A stretch of 64,000 bases of DNA, taken from positions 682,001 to 746,000 of the forward strand of contig JAQFVV010000003.1 of assembly GCA_028023455.1 (NCBI GenBank), in the 5' to 3' direction. Made by a program: the position numbers and the translations under genes. Shown here in pieces: positions 27,272 through 40,350 of this stretch (position 1 is its first letter; each line of letters opens with the position of its first letter). The notes below the pieces were generated by a model, which saw nothing but the letters and a program-made list of their open reading frames with translations, did not search any database and was not told the DNA's origin. This stretch comes from Epiperipatus broadwayi (lineage: Eukaryota > Animalia > Onychophora).

Positions 27272-28757
27272 AGTAGATTAGTAAAACATACAAAAAAGTA
27301 ATATTGATATTAAAAGAAAGATTATATAAAAAAGATAATATCAGTATTTAAAAAAAAATATTGCCATTGCATCAAAATTGATTTCTGAATCATTTATTTT
27401 AGTAGATGATACTCTAAATCAACCATTTTCAGCCAGCATTCCATTGTACCTTAGGGTACTGTAAAGACTTCATTGGAATATTACATGATGTAGTAATAAA
27501 AAAATAATATAAAATTTTCAGATAAATACTTGTATATTTGATCAAACAAAGCTTATATTATCACCGGTGTTCTAAGTATGCAATAAAAATGTTCCTTTTC
27601 ATTTTTGGTACAATAATGTGGTGTAGAAAAGATACCATTCTGGTCATGATCAAGATATGGTTTTTAAAACAAATTATTACTGAAATAAAATCATCACATT
27701 TTGCTGTGATATTTGAGAGCATTTTTCATCTAGGTTGCCTAACTCTGAATTGTTTATCATTACTTGGCCCTTCTGGAGCTACATTGTAAACATGCAAACA
27801 TGGTTTCCATTTCGCTGGGCATTTTTTAATGCTGCAAGGGTTTTCTGCACTATCATTTTCCATCAATAGTAACTGGATTTATGTGTAAGTTTTTGGTGTT
27901 GACATTTGGCAGACATTTATAAATTACATTCAGTTCAGTTTTTTAATATTACTGTTATTTTTTTTTATTGTATCTGAACTTAGCACCAATAAAATCAATT
28001 GCTTTAAGTTTAATATTACACTATTGTCTTAATTCAATTAGTTTAAATTTCATTACATTCATTTTACAATAATAATTAATAAATGAATAAACAGAAAGTT
28101 AACAGCAATAAACTATTATGTCTCTTACATAACTAAGAATTAGAAAATAAATCAATTTAATAAATTAGGTGTTTTCTCAAGGATACTGTAAGATATGAAG
28201 AGCAAAGTCAAGCATTCTGTAACATTGAAAAAATTGGGAAATACTGTTCTAAATACTATGCTATACTGAACATATGATGAAACAACTTATAAAATACCAT
28301 TAATAAACTTAATTACCTACTATGTGATTGTTATCATAATTATTATGAGGCAATATTTTTTAAATAAGTTTATTTTTAAATAAATTATTATAGTAATGGC
28401 CATTTTCATATAAATTGGGGTGTTTAAGTAAAAGCAATTCAGAAATCTAAATAGTTTTATTTATATATATATATCTTTTATTATTTATCATGGTGAAATG
28501 TCCACCCATTTCTTTGGTTTAGTGTCATGATAGTCATGATAGACTATTTAATGTAATTCATATATTTGTTGCTGACTAAGTAAAAAAGTAATCCACTTAT
28601 ATTTAAATAAAAATTTGAAATCAGAACATGTTTCCATTCAAAAATTTAAACATTATTTATATAAATTTTATTATCACTACAATTTGGTATTTTTATAAAT
28701 CGAGTACCTTTGTACTCTACACCTCTATACATGGTAACCTTGCTTAAGCACTGTAAA

Positions 28758-28920
28758 TTACATTTACTATACCAATGACCTAGTTATTTTTCCCATCAAA
28801 ATATGAAGAGCACTCTCTCTAATCTTTTCCTATTCGTGGTTACATTTACTATACCAATGACCTAGTTATTTTTCCCATCAAAATATGAAGAGCACTCTCT
28901 CTAATCTTTTCCTATTCGTG
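28758..28920. repeat. Exact 81-bp tandem duplication (period 82)
   Basis: TTACATTTACTATACC...CCTATTCGTG occurs at 28758-28838 and 28840-28920. Confidence 0.9.
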
Positions 28921-31900
28921 ACAATTATACAGAATAATATTCTCTTAAATTTAACAAAAAATAAGTAATTTTTAATCAGTATGCTCATAAGTAATATCAT
29001 CTCTTTACTGACATATTTTAGTTATATAAATTCTTAGGGTTTTTTGTTTATCTTCTGTCTAATGCAAAGAGCTCCATATTTCAAAATATTTTATTGATCT
29101 AAATTAAAACCATCATAAACTACTACCCAAAGTCTACTTCTCTATTTAGATTATGGTTTTCCTTTTTAATATGGTTTTTTTTATTATCATGCTGATTAAT
29201 CCAAAAACCTCATATTATATGTCCATCATCAACTTCACTACTGCATTCAAGAAAGATCATTTTATAATGTAACAAATTATACAGGGAAAGGAACAGTGGC
29301 AGAGAGAAAACTATTGAAAAGCATGACAAATGAAACAACATTTTAATTTGCTACAGCTAAATACTTAATTAACAGGAAGCAGCAATAAATATATTCACTA
29401 GATTAATTAAGTCCAACTCTAGGCTATTCAACTCCTCTTCTAATCCATAAAATATCATACTTATGATACAATCAAACACACTACATATAAAAACTGCTGT
29501 CTTTTGATTCAATTTTTAAAACTTATTATTCCATTTCTTAATCATTTCTCAAAACAGATTAAATAGTTGGAAGATTATAAATTTGCAAACAAAACTGAGC
29601 TTACAAATATATCATAAACCATTTACACATTTAACAACAAATGCATCATTCAGTTGATTAAGCATTAGTACTTAGAGCTGTAAGTAGATGTATTTCCTAA
29701 ACAAAATACACCTCAAAGTTCTATTCACTAACAGCTTCCTAGTTTTAAAAAATGACATATGTTGGTATCGATTTCCATTGATTTATATTTCATATAGGGA
29801 AAAGGAATCTTTTATATTATGGGAATTCCCTTCATTATAAACTTATTATAATTTACATATCCTCATTACTAATTCACAAGCCTCTTCATTAAAAACTTAA
29901 GTAACAGTATACAGGAGTGTTTTTTCCAACATTCAAATAATCCCATTTTACTCTTCTTCAAGCATTTGTTATTGAAATGTGTTTTTTTAATCAATTTTGT
30001 ATCACAGTAAATCTTTCTAAACACATTGGAAAAAAATCAAAATTAGAGATCAGGATTACATGCTTGTAAATATTTTTGCAGCCATTCAAAGTTGGTCTCA
30101 ATTACACAACCACTTAATTGTATTAGCAGTAGCTAAAATTTAGTTTATTTTTAACACTTTTTTTAACAATTTAAGACCAATGTGTTCAACCTAAATATAC
30201 CCCATGAACAATTAATGTAGTTAATTTAATTTTCTTTTTGGCATTTTTTTTTCAAATTACACATTTTCTTTTCTTATGTTCTTTTAAAACCATTTCCACT
30301 GCATAAAATATTGTATTGTTTATGTTAATTGATGTAATTTAATATGCTATCTGGGTAAATACATCAATAATAAAGTATATATTAACAGAGTTTATAAAAT
30401 ATTCAACTTCATGCAATGCACTCATGCATAGATCTTTATGTAAAAATTTCCAGATAGGTTCAAATTCTGGTTATGCAAGTGTATTATACATGTTTTGGAA
30501 ATAGTATTAATTTAATCTCTTTAATTTTTTCCTAGAATGAACATCACATTCTTAGATAAGTTTCTAATTATTGTTTTTTATCAGTGAAAAGCTTTGAACT
30601 TGCATCTATATATCCAACAGCCACTTTTAATGTTTATATGCTATCAATCTAATAAATTGAAATGAGTGTTCCTAAAATTGTAAGATAAATAGAAACATAA
30701 AATTCATGTAAAGGGCATTATACTTTCCATGTCTGTTCTTAATCTCAGTATAACTTTAAGAGTTAATTTATTTTTATGCATTGCTGCAAGTTAAATGTTT
30801 TAATTAACTTGTTGCAGGATAAAAACTTCTTTCGCACTATTCTACTAAAAAATTGTGTAGAAGAAAACAATACTCACAACTTAGATAAGAAATGAGTGGT
30901 GAGATTTGAAATGTGATTGGTTTTTTAATCATTTCCATATTTTAATGTCTAGCCAACAAGATAGCTATTTGGAAAAAAATTCAACTTGCAATCCAAAAAA
31001 TTTTTTAAGTTTAACCTGTCCTGAATTTGAATTTCAGAACTTGGTCATGCAAAGTGGATGTGTTAATCATTACATTCTCATGTTATTACCCTTTAGTTAT
31101 ATTTCTAAAATTCCATCTTCTGACTTTTCTCATGGTGGTAAATTACTATAAAATAAACCACCACCCACGTTCACGAAGCAGTTATACATTTTTTCTCGGG
31201 GGGGGGGGGAGGGAGTAGGGGAAAAATCTGTAAATGATATTAAACAGATTTTTGCCTCATTTATATTTTAAAATGTTATCGACCTTTATCATTAAAAAGC
31301 AAATGGTTTTGATTCTCTTCTCTCTTTTTTTTTTTTCACTTTCTGATATCATTATCTGTATGAAATGAATTGTTTAATTTGTTAAAACCCATTAATATAA
31401 ATCGCACAGTTTGAAATAAACTATCTTTATTAAGCTTCAATAAGTCTCACAATAAGAACATGAAAAATTTTGAGTTTAAATTTTTTTAAAAACAAATCAC
31501 AATTTTAACATACCAAGGCTAACAAGTAAAGATAATAATCTGTTAACAAAAGAAAATTTTACAAATTTATTATGAGATAATATGCCATATTGTAAGCATT
31601 CTGTGCAATGACAGAGAGGTGAAGTCAAAACCTTGAGATATAAAAATCGCGATTCTATCCATCAATCACTTGAAGCTCTAATTTCATATAATTTTCAAAG
31701 CGAACAGCGAATCATTTTCATGTTTTTTTTTTCCTCTTTCATTGTATTTAAGCAATGGAAAGTAGATTTGTGAATCCAAAGAATGACATAGAAAACAGCA
31801 TAATCATCAAGCGATAACATATTCTATCATCCTCAGTGATTACTTGCCACTTTTTGATCAACTAATACCAAAAATGGATTCACTATATATATGATAAAAA

Positions 31901-32997
31901 AAAAAACTTTTATGACTCAGATTGTCTATTGTTGTTAAGCAGTAATAAAACTTAAGATCAACCTCAGTAATGTAATTGATAATGTTTTTTTAACTACCTC
32001 TTAACAATGACATATATGTATATTAAAAGTAGATTTCTTGACTGCAATGAATCTAATAACGCAGAAAATCATATACATTATTATCAATGATAGTTTGATA
32101 TTGTGTTTTCCTATCAGTAATGGCCACAGTTAGACATATACTTTAAGCTTGGGCTAAGTGAATGTTGATATTTTTTAGAAGACAGGATTTTTAAACAAAA
32201 GATGACTCACAGGCAACCTATGTAGCCATTACTAGTGCTTGGTAAATATATATCTAAGCTATTTTAACTATGAAAATTTCAGATTGATCCAAATCAGATG
32301 GGGGCTTATTCCAAAATATAAAAATTAAACAGTGTAATTAGAGCATGATGTTGACTTTGCTACTAGTAAAGGCATTTCATATTTTTATGAAGAGTGATGT
32401 GTTAGTATAACATTTTTGAACCAAAGACAGGAGATATTTTTATCAAATTTCAATAGTGCTGGAAAAATTCAAAGTAGTTTTATATATAATGCTTCCACCC
32501 AAAGCAACACCACACAAGAACTGAATAACTGAATCTTTGTAACATATGTATTTTGCACAGAGAAACAAAGAGATCATTAAACGTGCTGAAATAATATTTA
32601 CAGTTCCATACAGAAAATTTAATAACAACTCTGCACATGTGAAAGGTGATTATATATGTGTGCATGTTAAAGGTACATTTTCCCAACTTATATACATATA
32701 ATTGATAACATATTGTTTTGATAAAAAATATTACTTTAAAAATATTATAGAGACAGAGTGAAAAACACATGGAACTATATTTAATATCTATTCAATCAAA
32801 ATAAATGTGCATTTAATATTGTTCTATATGTTGCTTTTAGGGTGGAGTACATATATTTTTTTCACATGTTTGGTTTATGATTACATCCCTGCACAAAATG
32901 TTAAAAGTGAATAAAAACCAGGCCATACCTTGTGGAAGAGTGGTATAGTGAGAATTACACTACAGAAATGTTGATCATTATTGAATAATCTCTAGTC

Positions 32998-35402
32998 CAG
33001 TGTTTCTCAGAGGGTCTGCCATGGCACATTAGTGTGCTGTGAATCTCCAAGTGTGCCATAAACTCAGTCTAGATTACTAAATAAATAAATATGCAAATTT
33101 GATTCTTAAAAAATATCACTCAATTCTTAATTATAAATAATAAATAATTATACACAAAGCAATTTAAAATTAATTTTTAGCTCATCCAAAAATAGATATA
33201 AAAGAATTTGTTACAGCAAACGGAATTAAAGATGACAGCAATACTAGTAGTTCTGCAGCAAATATAAATGCTAAATCCATTGACAAGATTAATAAAATCA
33301 GTGAAACCAGCATGGATGAACCTTAAGTCAAAAATTAGTGCAAGAAAATATAGTGAAGATTACATAAATTTTGTTTTTATATGGACAGAAAACAAAGTTT
33401 TTTTCATTGTCTTTATGTAAAACAAACAGTGCAATGGTTTCTAACAAGCTAAAATGGCATTTGGAAAAAGTACATTCAAAATTACTGTAATGAAAAATAG
33501 TGCCAAACAAATTCAATAATTCCAAAAAACAATAAGGGTATCTGATAAAGCACAAATTGCCTCCTATAAAATAGCTCTACTTATTGCTCATAGGATGAAA
33601 CTTCATAGAATTGCAGAAATGTTAATTGATCCCACTTGTCATATAATGGTGGAATGTATATTTGACAAAGAAGCAGAAGCTGAAATAAATAAAATTCCTC
33701 TCTCCAACAATACTATTATTCGAAGAACAATTTTATGTCAGAAAATATAATCAAAAATGTTCAATAGAAATGTAATATCCAAATTTTTGCACTATAATTT
33801 GATGAATCAACAAACATTAGTAGAAAAGCATAATTAATGGGATTTATTTGATTCAATAATGGGATTCAATTATGAACCAATTTTTTATTTTGTCAGTTTT
33901 AAGGAAAAACAATCAGAAGAGAAATATTTAATTGTCCTGACAATTTTTTCAAAAATACAAGCTTATCATGGGATGTCTGTATAGATACTCCCTCAGTGGT
34001 CAGACATGAAAAAAGTTTCTGGATGTTGCAAATAAAAAAAAAATCAGATATTGTTTCAAACATATTGCATTATTTATTGAAAAGCTTTAGAAGCTAAAAC
34101 TCTTCCCACAGAATTAAGCACTGTTTTGGATAATATGATAAAAATTGTTAATCATATTAAAAGCATACCAATAAAATCATGATTATTTAAAAAAAATATG
34201 TAACAGCATGCAAGCTAATTACGATTGCTTATTATTGTATAATAAAGTTTTTTGGCTTTTGAGCTAAGAGAAGAACTTTGTATCTGCTTTAAAAAAAAAA
34301 CAAGTATGACAGAAAATGAAAAAAGGAATATTACAAAAACACAAAAAAATTACAATTGTTTGAGCAATAAAATGTGGTGAGCAAAGCTGTCTTACTTAGA
34401 ACATACATTTGCTCATTTTAACATTTTAAATACAAATTTGCAAGTATAAAATGAAAACATTTTAACATTGACAGATACATTAACTGCATTTAAGAAAAAT
34501 ATACATCTATAGACAAACAAGATCAATGAAAATATTTTAACCATATTCCCAAAAATTTCTGAATATAAGAGAAATTTTTTTGCACCATTGGTGAAAACTG
34601 TTTGGATATGCTTCAGAAGACAATTAGTAAACATTTTCCATTGATCCAAACAAATAAATATGATTGTATTTGAAATTCTTTTACTGATGCAATAGACTTC
34701 AATCATTGCCTTGAAGAAGAGGAAGAACTGATTTCCCTCTCATCTGATCAACATTAAAAAATAAATCATTCAACTTCCATTGGATACATTTTGGATATTA
34801 TTAAGTGACAAATATTCAAAGCTATTTAAAACAGCAATAAATATTTTATTACAATTTTTTACATCATATTTATGCAAGTTAGGATTTTCAACTCTCACTA
34901 ATATAAAAAATAATAAGCAATCATGTCTGAAAAATCTTGAAGATGAACTGAGAGTTGTTCTGTCAGAAAGAAGATCAGATATAGAAGAACTACCAAAACA
35001 TCATCAATGACATAATTTACATTAAGTATCATTTTATTATAAAAATTCTGTTGATATTAAATCTTAATCAAATTAAAAGCATTGTTTATAGTATTTTTAG
35101 TTTTTTGTTTATTTTTATATGTTAAGACAATACGTACGTGTTACCTACTTGTAATTTTTCTATACAAAATTTTTGCATGTGAGCAAATGTTAAGACTTAA
35201 AAGTTTACTAACTTATGATTCATTTTTCTGTTTAATAGTGTGATTCATCATGACTTCTACCTCAAAATTAAGAATTCTGTTTAAATTGTCTTTTGTTTTG
35301 ATTTATTTAGAAGTTGTTTTTTTACAACAATACATAGGTGAACTGCAAAAAGGGATTTCTTCTAAAAATTTGTTGTGAGAATAAAAGGATTAAATAATAC
35401 TG
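32998..35402 (+). mobile_element. hAT (Buster/Charlie-type) DNA transposon, near full length, dead transposase
   Basis: Left end CAGTGTTTCTCA and right end ...AATACTG. The 8-bp TSD is CTCTAGTC (32990-32997) and CTCTAATC (35403-35410). Peptides ASYKIALLIAHRMKLHRIAEMLIDP, IPLSNNTIIRR and FAL*FDEST are typical of Buster/ZBED5-like transposases. Confidence 0.85.
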
Positions 35403-35722
35403 CTCTAATCTAATGAATGATTGTTCTTTGGTATTATTCCTGCTACGATGTATTATTCAGGTAACATTTTTGTCCAGTAATATTTATTCCAAAGTTTTTG
35501 TTTATGATGTGCAACCACAAATCCTGACATGATTAATCCATGTCAAATAAACTGACTTTTTTCTTTCCATTTTAGAAGATATTAAATAGTTCACACTACC
35601 ACAGCGACTTTTTTCTCCCCATAATATAATCCATCTCTGGCATCATTTGTAAGTAATGCAGTTTTATATTTAAAAATACATTTACTTTATATATTTGTAA
35701 TAAATATAGCTTTACTGTCACT

Positions 35723-35937
35723 ATATGTAAAATCTATAATTGTTAATTAGAGAAGATATAAATTAGTATTAAAGTTTATCGGCTAAACGTTTTCGAGGAT
35801 CCATGCCTCATATTCATAACCTTCATAAAATGTATGAAGGCTATGAATATGAGGCATGGATCCTCGAAAACGTTTAGCCGATAAACTTTAATACTAATTT
35901 ATATCTTCTCTAATTAACAATTATAGATTTTATATAT
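35723..35937. repeat. Near-perfect 215-bp palindrome made of two outward-facing PLE-type 3' ends, each with an HHR-like motif
   Basis: Arms are ~105 bp with 2 mismatches and the loop is 35828-35832. The right arm 35839-35879 reads GGCT-ATGAATA-T-GAGG catggat CCTC-GAAA-ACGT-TT-AGCC. Confidence 0.85.
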
Positions 35938-37346
35938 TTGTGTTGTTGTTGTTTTTTTTACTAAAACTTTATGTGTTTTTTTTTTTAAATACTTAAAATA
36001 TATCATTAAACTTGCAGCATATGTATCACATTATTGGTAAGTAATTTATTTTAATTTAAAAATTCAGTAGTAAAAGTTGTTATATTTTTAGATTTTTTTG
36101 CTAAACTTTATATACATTCTAAGTTAATATTTATGGGATTTTTGTAAAAAAAGATATTTAAAATATAAGGTTAAACTTACAGTTTGCCATTTGGTTTTTA
36201 TTATTTTAAGTTGAAAAAATAATGGAAATCTAAAACTTTGTTACAACTCATCATTTAAAAAATGTTTCAGGGTTTATCTCCAACATTGGAAAGTATATCG
36301 TTTTGTTTTTTTAATTTGAAATTTGCTATTACTCATGGAATATGACAACACAAAGCATTGTAGTATGCCAGAACAGAAAAGGATAGCTTTCACGACACAG
36401 AGTGTCATATTAAAAAGGCATAACTCACAAATACTTGTTTTATTTAATATCATAATTTTTTATTTTTTTTCTATAATGAATATATTTTTTCATTATTATT
36501 TTTTTAGATTTGAACTTTCATAGTACACATGCTGCGATATATTATTCCTGTGATGAATTATAAGTTTGTGATATGCTTAAAATAACACCACCACAGGATC
36601 TGCAGACAAATTTTATCGATTAAGTTTGTAAGTACATTCCTTGGAGGTAATATTGCAAACCTAGAATAATACATCATAGCAGGAATTATACCAAAGTACC
36701 TAAATGACTAAGAAAAATTATTAATACAATTGCTAGTGTTTATTTATTATGTACTTTTGAGATGATTTTATATAATATACACATATACAAACTGATATAT
36801 ATATATAACCATAAAGAATGAAAATGAGGAGATTATTTTCATGTAAATAGAAATAACTTTAACTTTGATTTTACCAAGAAATTATCAATTACTACACAAT
36901 CCCTGAAGCCAAACCATTTTTTTAATAAATCTATAATTGCTCATTTGTTTAACTGTTTTTTTGAAGTAAAATGGGTGTTCTTTTACTTCAAACTTAAGTT
37001 TTTATATGAATTTTAAGTCCAGAAAAAAAATCAAACAAAAGAGCTATTATAAGTTTAATAAAAAAGCTCATTTGGCCTTAATGATTGTCAATTCTTGGGA
37101 ACATCAAAGGTTAAAGATATTTATTTACATGAATATTAGCCCATGTCCAATCTTTATTATAATAACAGTCCTTGGAAATATTTAATTCACTATATAACCA
37201 TAAGCATTAACGTTAAATATTTATAATATCTGCATCTCACCACCACAACCAATGCTTAAATAAATCAATAGAATATCAACTATTCTGTAAAAGGCAACGC
37301 ACATTTATTATTGCCATGACAATATATTGCTAATATCCTATTGTTT

Positions 37347-37380
<34 letters not shown>

Positions 37381-37385
<5 letters not shown>

Positions 37386-37481
37386 TTATAACTCTGTGGA
37401 TGGCTTGTGTGACCAAGTCGAAACGTCAGTGTATTGATATTAAAAGTTTTTAACACGGATGAACCCGCAAAATATGTATTT
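37381..37481 (+). mobile_element. ~100-bp PLE-type 3' end with minimal HHR motif embedded in (TA)n
   Basis: 37391-37430 reads ACT-CTGTGGA-T-GGCTTG tgtgac CAAGTC-GAAA-CG-TC-AGT (one core change, GUC triplet). (TA)n flanks both sides (37349-37380 and 37482-37500). Confidence 0.7.
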
Positions 37482-39699
37482 TATATATATATATATATAT
37501 ATTGTAACAGAATAAATATGTACCATGAGAGAACAACATTGGATTAAGGATGCACCATGAATTGCATCATCATTTGTAACAATAAAAGTGTGGACATGCT
37601 CTTCTTTTAATGCTTCACCGATTTGGGAGCTGTTTGTATAATTATAATAATCATGGGAAATGAAAACTTTAATATAATCTACATGAAAATATAGCTGTTG
37701 GTCACCATTTGCAATTGAATAAAAATATACATTGAAGTCGAATGCTATTTATGACAAAATAAAATTATGGTTCATATAATTATTGATCACCATTTGTAAC
37801 AGAACAAAATTATGACTCAAGGAAGAACAATTATAATTTAATAATGCCCATGAATTGTAGGGTAATTTCTAACAAAATGAAAATAATAATATAAGCTAAA
37901 GTGAATATCAGTCAATGAATAATGAGCTAACACTTAATTAAAAAAAACAATGATAATAATCTTTGTTGTAATCTCATGAATTCAAGTAGAATTTAGAATG
38001 AATAGAAAACAAGCAAAATCATTAGATTAACCTACCCTAAAATATTGGTATTATTTGCAATAAGCTAAATATAGAGCAATAAAAGCAAATATCATTGTCT
38101 TATAAACAACAATCTATGCTTATTCTATAACCCCTTATAATAGAATAAAAAGAATGACAAAGAATTAGATAGATAAATTTTTAATATTCCTTATGAATCA
38201 AAACACTTTTTATAATAATATAAACTTGAAACTAAAAGTCAAACATTATTTAGTTTATTTAAATGAAATAATTCATAGATGTATGAGATAATAATTTTAC
38301 TATGCCTTTCAAATTTAAAATATCAATGATATTGAAATAAATATATATAACTCAGTAAGTGATTTCTAATTACAACCAAATAAAATCAAATATAATACTA
38401 ATTTAGGTATACTATTTTACTAATATCAATATACTCTTATTAACTAAGTCAATTATAATAAGATTAAATACTTAATAATAATACAAAATCAATTAACCTA
38501 ACATATCTTTCTACTTTCATCAAAGTAAACTATTATAAAATCAAATCATCCTATTAAATAACATTAAGATTTTCAATATCCAATAATAACAATACATAAA
38601 ATAAATGACAGATTAACTATCTGCAAACTGAATTTATGATCCACATCCATGAACTTTAAATATAATTAAAAAAAGTTGTTTTAATTTGTAACAGATTAAA
38701 ATATATTACTATTACCAGTTCTATAACAGAATAAGATTATTATCTTTATGGCTGTCATGTTGATTTAATATAATATTCACTTTAATCAATAATGATTTAA
38801 AATAAAATAGATGAACATTTATTTGCAACTACCTTTACTCACCTTCAATAATCATCATATTAGTACTTTCATCAATCATCAAATCAATTATATAGTTTTT
38901 ATCTTAATATAACTATTACTTGTTACTAACAAAATAGTTACAGTAAGTTTTGAATTTCTTATTAAATATTTAAAAAGTTAAATCAATTAATTTATTGCTG
39001 TATAAAATTTATATCTGGTCAGATAATAAACATTAAATTCAATACAAAGAAAATGATATGTAATTATACACTTTTACTAAATCTGTGGTTTGTTTTCCAA
39101 ATTATTTTGCACCTGCTTCAAATGAATTATGTTGTATAATCAGTTAGTGAATATCATCTCATCCAAATGCATATTAACCAATAAATTTTCAATGTAAAAT
39201 TGAATGAATTCAAAATTTATTAATAAATAGAGATAAATTAAAATTATATATATATATATAGTGCAAATAAGCATTTAAAATATATGCATATGATCCAATT
39301 ATGTTTGATGCAATACATTTTCAATTGACACTAACTTCATATATAAATAGACAAGTGCACATCAATCTCCATCTATTGGATAATAAATACAAAACACATG
39401 TTTATGTAACACAAATATGTTGTAGAATGTTTATACTTCCCAAAATATAAGAGAGTTCAAATTATCTATTTCTTTTTATACTTTATACCAAAAGATAATT
39501 AATCGAAGTAAATAAATAAATATATTATGAAGTAAAATGTCTGTTAATTAAAAACTATTGTAATAACAATAAAAATAATAAATATGATGATAATAACTAT
39601 TGCATATAGACCCTCAATCCACAGAAATACTTTTGGTTAATTCCTTAATCCTCCTGAACCACCATTGAATTAAAAAAAATATAACAGATGCAAACCTCA

Positions 39700-40050
39700 T
39701 CAACTCAAATGCCATGGCTTCCAAATTTTAATCTTTAGCAGCTTGTCTATAAATTTTATTTTAATTTATTAAAATTGCCTCTAATTTTTCTTTTATTATG
39801 CTTTCTCTCTTTATGAAGAATCCTAACACTTTCAATATCAAACTTAAATTTGTATTTACACATTCTTTCATGATCCAAGAAAACTGAAGCTATCAATAAA
39901 TCACTATTATTTTTACTGGTCAAACACTTGTATAACACTCCATGCTCATTTAAGCTTTTCAAATACTGCACATCAATTTGCTTATAAATGATAACATATA
40001 TCACAAAAAATGTGATAAACAACATTATTTTTCTGGTTGATAGGTATGAC
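39700..40050 (-). pseudogene. PLE GIY-YIG C-terminal relic
   Basis: ORF 39756..40052 contains HERMCKYKFKFDIESVRILHKERKHNKRKI, matching the H..FDF....IL..E....R pattern also seen at 195-461. Confidence 0.45.
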
Positions 40051-40284
40051 ATTTTTAGAATTATTCACTAACTTATTCATATTATTTGTAACACAAAATA
40101 AAACATTAAACACATCCTTATATATATATATATATCTTTAAAAAATTTCACTTAAGCATTTGAAATATATGGAATAGATATCCATTTTCTATTATCAATT
40201 TTCAATTCTTTTAAATCATTATAACTTTTTCTGTTGATTGAAAGACTGTATACAATAGTTAATTACCATTATATTTATTTATTG

Positions 40285-40285
<1 letters not shown>

Positions 40286-40346
<61 letters not shown>
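40286..40346. repeat. (TA)n microsatellite
   Basis: Direct reading. Confidence 0.95.

Positions 40347-40350
<4 letters not shown>

Noticed and set aside
35576-35648. Exon candidate with strong AG and GTAAGT signals
   Set aside because: All frames from the best acceptor contain stops, and the only open version needs a weak downstream AG.
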